NCBI GenBank assembly: GCA_965263085.1
Contig: OZ253582.1
Location: forward strand, 2,049,135-2,113,134
Source of the DNA: Nitrospinales bacterium
GTDB taxonomy: Bacteria > Nitrospinota > Nitrospinia > Nitrospinales > VA-1
DNA: 64,000 nucleotides
Direction of reading: 5' to 3'
A model generated the notes under the pieces. The model ran no database searches and was not told where the DNA came from. It was given only the letters and a program-made list of their open reading frames with translations. A program made the position numbers and the translations under genes. Positions 58,571 through 64,000 of this stretch are shown here, one piece after another (position 1 is the first letter of the stretch; each line of letters opens with the position of its first letter).

Positions 58571-59551
58571 TTAGTATTTTAAAAAGCACGCGACATGATG
58601 GCCGGGAGAGATTTCTTTAAGGGTAGGAATTTCTTCTTCACATTGCTTTTCCTTGATAGGACAACGGTTGTGGAAGGCACAACCTTTTGGAGGGCTGGCA
58701 GGCTTGAGGATATCTTCCTTGATAGAGGTCTTTTGCTTGATCCGCCCTGACTCAAGATTAGGAACTGCGTCCAGCAGGGCCGAGGTGTAAGGGTGCTGGG
58801 GTGAATTATAGATTTGTTCCCTATGAGCAAGTTCAACAATTTTTCCGAGGTACATCACCGCGACTCGGTCGCAGAAATATTCCACAACTCCCATATTGTG
58901 AGAGATAAACAGGTAGGAGATATCTAACTTTTCTTTCAAGTCGAGCAAAAGGTTGATAATCTGAGCCTGTATGGAAACGTCCAAAGCCGATACTGGTTCA
59001 TCTGCTATCACCAGCTTGGGGTTCAGGGCGATAGCCCGGGCGATGCCTATACGTTGGAGTTGGCCTCCGCTTAATTCGTGGGGATATTGGTTAAAATGTC
59101 CAAGAGGCAAGCCCACTTGTTCTAAAAGCTGCTTTGCTTTTTCGGCATTTTCTCTCTTGTCCTGGTAACCATGAATTTCAAAAGGTTCCTGAAGGATATG
59201 ACCGACAAGTCTTGCTGGATTGACGGAGGAATAGGGATCCTGAAAAATAATCTGCATTTCTCTTCTAAGACTTCTCATCTCAGTTTCTTTGAGATCAAAC
59301 AGGTTTGTGCCGCAAAAACTTACTTGTCCTGAGGTTGGTTCGATCAGGCGGAGCAAGGTTCGTGCTACAGTGGATTTTCCGCACCCGCTTTCTCCTACTA
59401 GCCCCAGTGTTTCTCCTGCCTTAAGAGTGAAGGAAATGCCATCTACCGCGCGAACTGGTGGAGCCTGTTCTTCGAGAATTCTTTTTTCAGGCAGAAAATG
59501 TTTCTTAAGGTTCTGAACCTTCAGCAGGGGAATGTTTTTTCCCGTGTTCAT
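58571..59551 (-). CDS. Oligopeptide/dipeptide ABC transporter ATP-binding protein (DppF/OppF type)
   Basis: Walker A GESGCGKST, signature LSGGQLQR and Walker B VIADEP. The C-terminal oligopeptide-type extension has Cys residues (GCAFHNRCP...C). The ATG at 59551 overlaps the upstream stop (ATGA). Confidence 0.88.
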   Translation of the reverse strand: MNTGKNIPLLKVQNLKKHFLPEKRILEEQAPPVRAVDGISFTLKAGETLGLVGESGCGKSTVARTLLRLIEPTSGQVSFCGTNLFDLKETEMRSLRREMQIIFQDPYSSVNPARLVGHILQEPFEIHGYQDKRENAEKAKQLLEQVGLPLGHFNQYPHELSGGQLQRIGIARAIALNPKLVIADEPVSALDVSIQAQIINLLLDLKEKLDISYLFISHNMGVVEYFCDRVAVMYLGKIVELAHREQIYNSPQHPYTSALLDAVPNLESGRIKQKTSIKEDILKPASPPKGCAFHNRCPIKEKQCEEEIPTLKEISPGHHVACFLKY

Positions 59552-60534
59552 ATTGATCTTGGTTCTAGGTGGCAGCTCCATTGTCGCTGGGCATCCACTT
59601 GACGCAGTTCGGGTTTTTGGGTTTTGCATTTTTCAATAGCCCAGGAGCAACGAGGGTGAAATGCACACCCTGCAGGGCGTTGGTCGAGGCTGGGAACGTT
59701 ACCCCAAATTTCTTCCAGCCGTGCGCCTGTTTTTTTTGTAATTCCCAGTTTGGGAACAGAAGCAATGAGGCCTTTGGTGTAGGGGTGCAGAGGACTATTA
59801 AGGAGGGACCAGGTAGGCCCGGATTCCACGATTTCCCCTGCATACATGACCAGAACTCTCTGAGCGATTTCTGCGACCACCCCCAAGTCATGAGTGATGA
59901 TGAGAATGGACATGCCTGTTTCTTTTTTTAGATTTTCCAGGAGTTCAAGAACCTGAGCTTGAATCAAAACATCAAGAGCGGTGGTCGGCTCATCAGCAAT
60001 GAGGACCCGTGGAGCGCAGGCTAGGGCCATGGCAATCATGGCACGTTGTCGCATTCCCCCGCTGAGTTGATGAGGATATTGCTTTAGTTTTTCTTTTGGT
60101 GAAGGGAGTTGCACCCTGCTCAACAGGTCTGCCGATTTTTTCAAGGCTTCTTGCCGATTCATAGTCGTATGGCGAAGGAGCGTTTCAGCTATTTGTTCTC
60201 CGATAGTCAAGACCGGGTTGAGAGAAGTCATAGGATCCTGGAAGATCATAGAAATAGAGCGGCCGCGCAGGTCGCGCAAGGCCTTTGCATTGAGGGACAA
60301 CAGGTTCTGGCCCGAAAACAGGATTTCCCCGCTCAAAATTTCTGCCGGAGGCTCTGGCAAAAGACGGAGAATAGAAAGAGCGCTGACTGTTTTTCCGCAA
60401 CCGGACTCCCCGACCAGAGCGAGGGTTTCCCCCTGATTTAAATGAAAGCTGACTCCGTTGACGGCAATCAGCTTTCCCCTGGGAGTGGAAAAAGAAACTT
60501 TCAGGTTTTTAATATCCAGTTCCGGTGATGACAT
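59548..60534 (-). CDS. Oligopeptide/dipeptide ABC transporter ATP-binding protein (DppD/OppD type)
   Basis: Walker A GESGCGKTV, signature LSGGMRQR, Walker B LIADEPTTALD and a C-terminal GCAFHPRCSWAIEKC. Confidence 0.88.
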   Translation of the reverse strand: MSSPELDIKNLKVSFSTPRGKLIAVNGVSFHLNQGETLALVGESGCGKTVSALSILRLLPEPPAEILSGEILFSGQNLLSLNAKALRDLRGRSISMIFQDPMTSLNPVLTIGEQIAETLLRHTTMNRQEALKKSADLLSRVQLPSPKEKLKQYPHQLSGGMRQRAMIAMALACAPRVLIADEPTTALDVLIQAQVLELLENLKKETGMSILIITHDLGVVAEIAQRVLVMYAGEIVESGPTWSLLNSPLHPYTKGLIASVPKLGITKKTGARLEEIWGNVPSLDQRPAGCAFHPRCSWAIEKCKTQKPELRQVDAQRQWSCHLEPRSI

Positions 60535-60725
60535 CTCTGTTTTTGAAAAATAGGTTAAGGCGAGCCTAAATGTTAAGAACTTTAAACGGAATATCTGTGA
60601 AATGCCAGAGTTGAATCGAGCTTGAATTGAAAGAGTGAAAGTGAATTGCGGGGGAGACTGCTAGAACCAAAGAAAAAAGGCGGCCTGTTGGCCACCTTTT
60701 TAATAAAACTGGTTTTCTTAAAGTT

Positions 60726-61181
60726 TTATTTGGATTTAGCAAGGCATTCTTTTTCAAGGCCTTTGCTCACGATATTGTCGCATTTTTTAGGGTCGCCGAG
60801 AACGATTGCATAGCAATAGGCCTGGCTATCCCGGTTCAGGATCAGAGTGCAGTAATAATTGCTGTGGTCTTTATGTTTGTAGCGGCTTTCGGGGTTGTTG
60901 ATGGGTGTCAGGGCGAGACAAAGGTTCCGTTCATCTTCTTTAGACAATTTTCCTGTGGGTCTTGCTGCAGCCGAGAACAAACCGTTCCTCGACAGGGATT
61001 TGGTGGGCCCTTTCCCATCAATAACAGTTACCGGGGCTACCCCCGGGCGTCCCTTTCGAACTTCTTGGGTTATTTCATCACAGGGTTTTGTGTCAGCCAC
61101 TTCAGTTGCCATGGAGAGTGGCGCACCCATTAAAAATGCTAACGACACTACCATCCATCCCGTAGCCATGTTCATCCACAT
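60726..61181 (-). CDS. Secreted Cys-containing hypothetical protein
   Basis: 151-aa ORF with a signal peptide (…LAFLMGAPLSMA) and seven Cys. No family recognised. Confidence 0.4.
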   Translation of the reverse strand: MWMNMATGWMVVSLAFLMGAPLSMATEVADTKPCDEITQEVRKGRPGVAPVTVIDGKGPTKSLSRNGLFSAAARPTGKLSKEDERNLCLALTPINNPESRYKHKDHSNYYCTLILNRDSQAYCYAIVLGDPKKCDNIVSKGLEKECLAKSK

Positions 61182-61578
61182 ATCAGATTTCCTCCCAAAT
61201 GACCTGTATTTTTATGATATCTGACAAAAAAATAATATGATGGTTGCAAGGATACCCTATTTTTACGGGGAAAACCAAAAATTGTCTTTAAACTATTGAA
61301 AATAAATGAGCTTGTGAAAGCCAAAGAAGTGAGGGTTAAGAACGTGCTGATAAGCGGTCTTTTCCTCTGGAAGGTCGTGAGAATGGGTTAAACAATAAAC
61401 TTAATTTAGTTACGTTGTTTCGGCTAGTTTTTTCTTGCGCGGGGCTCCAAAAACCATCTTTACTACAGCACCAACCAGCAATAATAATAAAACGATTAAA
61501 AATATTGCGTTTATATCATAAACTTGTCAATGATTTGCATTTCGGATATCCGGGGTCCAATTTTATAGAGGTGATTTC

Positions 61579-61866
61579 ATGAGATCATGGGAAAAATCGG
61601 AGATAAGAAAATATCTTGGGCCGTTATTAGTAGTCGTTGGGCTGGCTTACACCTATCACTCGCATATTACTGGTTGTCCTCGCTACATCATTTTTGCGGG
61701 CTGGGCACTGGGACCGCCCGTTTGGTTTCTTCTGGAATATGGTCTGCTGTTTGATGCTGAAAAGGATGAATTTGCAACCTTCAAACATTACCAAAGCCTG
61801 TGCAGGAACCTTTGGCTGGGATTCCTGGTCTACTTAGCGGCATTTTATCTTGGCCAGTGGAAATGA
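61579..61866 (+). CDS. Small membrane protein (hypothetical)
   Basis: 95-aa ORF with three hydrophobic helices. Confidence 0.35.
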   Translation: MRSWEKSEIRKYLGPLLVVVGLAYTYHSHITGCPRYIIFAGWALGPPVWFLLEYGLLFDAEKDEFATFKHYQSLCRNLWLGFLVYLAAFYLGQWK

Positions 61867-61985
61867 ATTTTTTATGAGTATTAAACTATAATTTATTTAT
61901 ACTGGCTTGCCTCATAAAGCCGGAAAATGACGGTGAGGAGTGAATATAAGTAGCCAGTGTAAACCCTGAGGTTTTTAAAAGTCAT

Positions 61986-62753
61986 ATGCGAATTTTAAGT
62001 TGGAATGTCAATGGTGTACGTGCCGCTGTCAAAAAAGGATTTTTTGACTGGTTGGAATCTGAATCGCCGGATGTGGTGTGCCTGCAGGAAGTCAAGGCTC
62101 GAACCGAAGACCTTGATGAATCCATAAGAAATCCGGATGGCTACCATGCGTTTTGGAACCCGTCTGAGCGCAAGGGGTACAGTGGCGTGGCTGTTTTTAC
62201 TAAAAAGAAACCGAAAGCGGTTCATAGAGGAATAGGAATTGAGCGGTTCGATGTAGAAGGACGGGTGATCAGGATCGAATTTAAAGATTTTGACCTGTTT
62301 AATGTCTATTTCCCCAATGGTACTAGTGGTGAGGAAAGGCTAGAATATAAAATGGAGTTCTATGATGCCTTTCAAGACCATTGCGAACAATTACGGGCAA
62401 AAGGTAGGGAGTTGGTGATTACCGGAGATGTGAACACTGCCCACAAGGCCATTGACTTGAAAAACCCCAAGGCCAATGAAAAAAATTCGGGATTCTTACC
62501 GGAGGAAAGGGCTTGGGTCGATCAATTCGTTTCACATGGGTATGTGGACAGCTTTAGAGAATTTCACCCAGAACCGGATCAATACACCTGGTGGAGCTAC
62601 AGGTCTAATGTGCGGGCCAAAAATATTGGTTGGCGCATTGATTATTTTTTCGTTACGGAAAAACTCATGGAAAAAGTTAAAGACTCTTTCATCCAGCCTG
62701 ATGTTATGGGTTCGGACCATTGCCCTATAGGCTTGGATATCAAGGCCAAATAA
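61986..62753 (+). CDS. xth: Exodeoxyribonuclease III
   Basis: MRILSWNVNGVRA..., LQEVK and the C-terminal GSDHCPIGL. This is the EEP-family AP endonuclease signature. Confidence 0.93.
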   Translation: MRILSWNVNGVRAAVKKGFFDWLESESPDVVCLQEVKARTEDLDESIRNPDGYHAFWNPSERKGYSGVAVFTKKKPKAVHRGIGIERFDVEGRVIRIEFKDFDLFNVYFPNGTSGEERLEYKMEFYDAFQDHCEQLRAKGRELVITGDVNTAHKAIDLKNPKANEKNSGFLPEERAWVDQFVSHGYVDSFREFHPEPDQYTWWSYRSNVRAKNIGWRIDYFFVTEKLMEKVKDSFIQPDVMGSDHCPIGLDIKAK

Positions 62754-62869
62754 TCAGGATATGCGACGCTTGCGGATGGCCCACATCTGATAATTTACCA
62801 TCCTGATAAACCCGGTTTTTCAATTAAGCATCATAACCAATAATCATTTTGAATTGGAGTAGAAATTTT

Positions 62870-64000
62870 ATGGGATTTGAACTCAACAAAAGTTATAGCG
62901 GATTCAAACTGACCAGGAAGAAAGAAATTGATGAACTGAAATCTCTCGGCCTTTTTTTTGAACACGAGGTCACCAAAGCTGAATTGATGGTTCTGGAAAA
63001 TGATGATGATAACAAGGTGTTCAGTGCGACATTCAGGACCCCCCCTGAAAACGATACCGGGATTGCCCATATTCTGGAGCACAGTGTTTTGTGTGGCTCC
63101 AAAAATTTCCCGGTCAAGGAACCCTTCGTTGAGCTTATGAAAGGGAGTTTGCAGACCTTTCTCAATGCAATGACCTTTCCTGACAAGACCATGTATCCCG
63201 TTGCCAGCAGAAACCAGAAAGATTTTTGCAACCTCATGAATGTTTATCTGGATGCGGTTTTTTATCCCAATATTTCTGAAGAAACCTTCAAGCAGGAAGG
63301 CTGGCATTATGAATTGAATAGTCCAAGAGATAAGATTGTTTATAAAGGAGTGGTGTTCAATGAGATGAAAGGTGCGTTTTCCGACCCGGAAAGTTACATT
63401 GATCGCCAGTTGGCCCATACCCTGTTTCCTTCCACCGCCTACGGGTTTGAATCAGGAGGCGATCCTAAAAGTATTCCTGACCTGACGTATCAGGATTTCA
63501 CTGAGTTTCATCGAAAGCATTATCATCCCTCCAACAGTAGATTATTTTTGTACGGAGATGGGGATACCAAAAGCAATCTTGAATTTTTGCAGGAAAAATA
63601 TTTAAAGGATTTTGGGTTTATGGATGTCGACACTTCCATTGCCCATCAGAGGTCTTTCAGGAAGCCGAAAAGAAAGCCCATAGCCTACCCGGTTTCCAGC
63701 GATGAATCGCTGGAGAAAAAAACCTATGTTCTCGTGGGTTACAAGCTGGATAAGGCCATCAATCATGAGCATTGCCTTGGGTTCAGCATACTGAGCCATC
63801 TTCTGCTGGGTTCTTCCGCATCTCCGTTGAGAAAGGCCCTCATCACTTCCGAGTTGGGCAGTGAAGTCATTGGCGGGGGGTTCGATGACAACCGCGCTGA
63901 TACCCTGTTTGCCGTGGGTTTAAAAGGCACAGAGCCTGAGCACGAAAATAAAATTCTTAAGCTCATAGATTCGACCCTGTGTGAACTGGCGGAAAAAGGG
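62870..64000 (+). CDS. M16C-family metallopeptidase (PreP/insulinase-like), 5' partial, continues beyond the window
   Basis: Not in the ORF track because it has no stop in the window. Hand translation from ATG 62870 stays open for 377 codons: MGFELNKSYSGFKL...FRTPPENDTGIAHILEHSVLCGSKNFPVKEPFVELMKGSLQTFLNAMTFPDKTMYP.... It has the inverted zinc motif HxxEH (HILEH). Confidence 0.88.
   Translation, partial: MGFELNKSYSGFKLTRKKEIDELKSLGLFFEHEVTKAELMVLENDDDNKVFSATFRTPPENDTGIAHILEHSVLCGSKNFPVKEPFVELMKGSLQTFLNAMTFPDKTMYPVASRNQKDFCNLMNVYLDAVFYPNISEETFKQEGWHYELNSPRDKIVYKGVVFNEMKGAFSDPESYIDRQLAHTLFPSTAYGFESGGDPKSIPDLTYQDFTEFHRKHYHPSNSRLFLYGDGDTKSNLEFLQEKYLKDFGFMDVDTSIAHQRSFRKPKRKPIAYPVSSDESLEKKTYVLVGYKLDKAINHEHCLGFSILSHLLLGSSASPLRKALITSELGSEVIGGGFDDNRADTLFAVGLKGTEPEHENKILKLIDSTLCELAEKG

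Noticed and set aside
62831-63418. 195-aa and 114-aa minus-strand ORFs
   Set aside because: They are antisense to the plus-strand M16 peptidase frame. That frame stays open for 377 codons to the window end and carries HILEH.

Overview
This is a chromosomal, mostly housekeeping 64-kb segment from a Gram-negative-type bacterium. The lineage cannot be assigned from this window because no rRNA is present.

Main blocks:
- (i) 43-8210: AlkA-like glycosylase, methyltransferases, rplU-rpmA-obg, an SLT transglycosylase, a small dihaem cytochrome c and HU.
- (ii) 8475-17094: def, an MFS transporter, a fatty-acid hydroxylase, Hsp20, YqhA and a divergent oxyR / cytochrome c peroxidase pair.
- (iii) 17192-26925: a decayed ORF, tRNA-Met(CAT), yqeY-dnaG-rpoD, NamZ/DUF1343, a frameshifted glgC, and groES-groEL with a CIRCE operator.
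- (iv) 26964-33353: queF followed by a co-directional accessory run (YkgJ Cys-cluster protein, DUF1566, small HNH nuclease, PIN-like::DegT aminotransferase fusion), then a parvulin, a HAD hydrolase, DUF547 and a decayed DUF262 gene.
- (v) 33421-51338: a complete dcw cluster on the minus strand (mraZ-rsmH-ftsL-ftsI-murE-murF-mraY-murD-ftsW-murG-murC-murB-ddl-ftsQ-ftsA-ftsZ). murD is broken by a 1-nt homopolymer frameshift.
- (vi) 51824-58106: a complete System I cytochrome c maturation cluster, ccmE-F-H-(I-like)-A-B-D-C-G. Its CcmE has the Cys (CxxxY) variant motif and its CcmH-like protein lacks the canonical LRCxxC motif.
- (vii) 58127-64000: a SnoaL-like protein, orphan DppD/DppF-type ATPases, two hypothetical proteins, xth, and the 5' part of an M16C (PreP-like) peptidase that runs off the window.

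No CRISPR array, transposase, integrase, prophage or rRNA was seen. I do not see a clear-cut novel multi-gene defence or mobile system. The most unusual content is the hybrid-looking Ccm system, the PIN-like::DegT fusion operon, and several interrupted genes. Two of those interruptions look like homopolymer sequencing errors.
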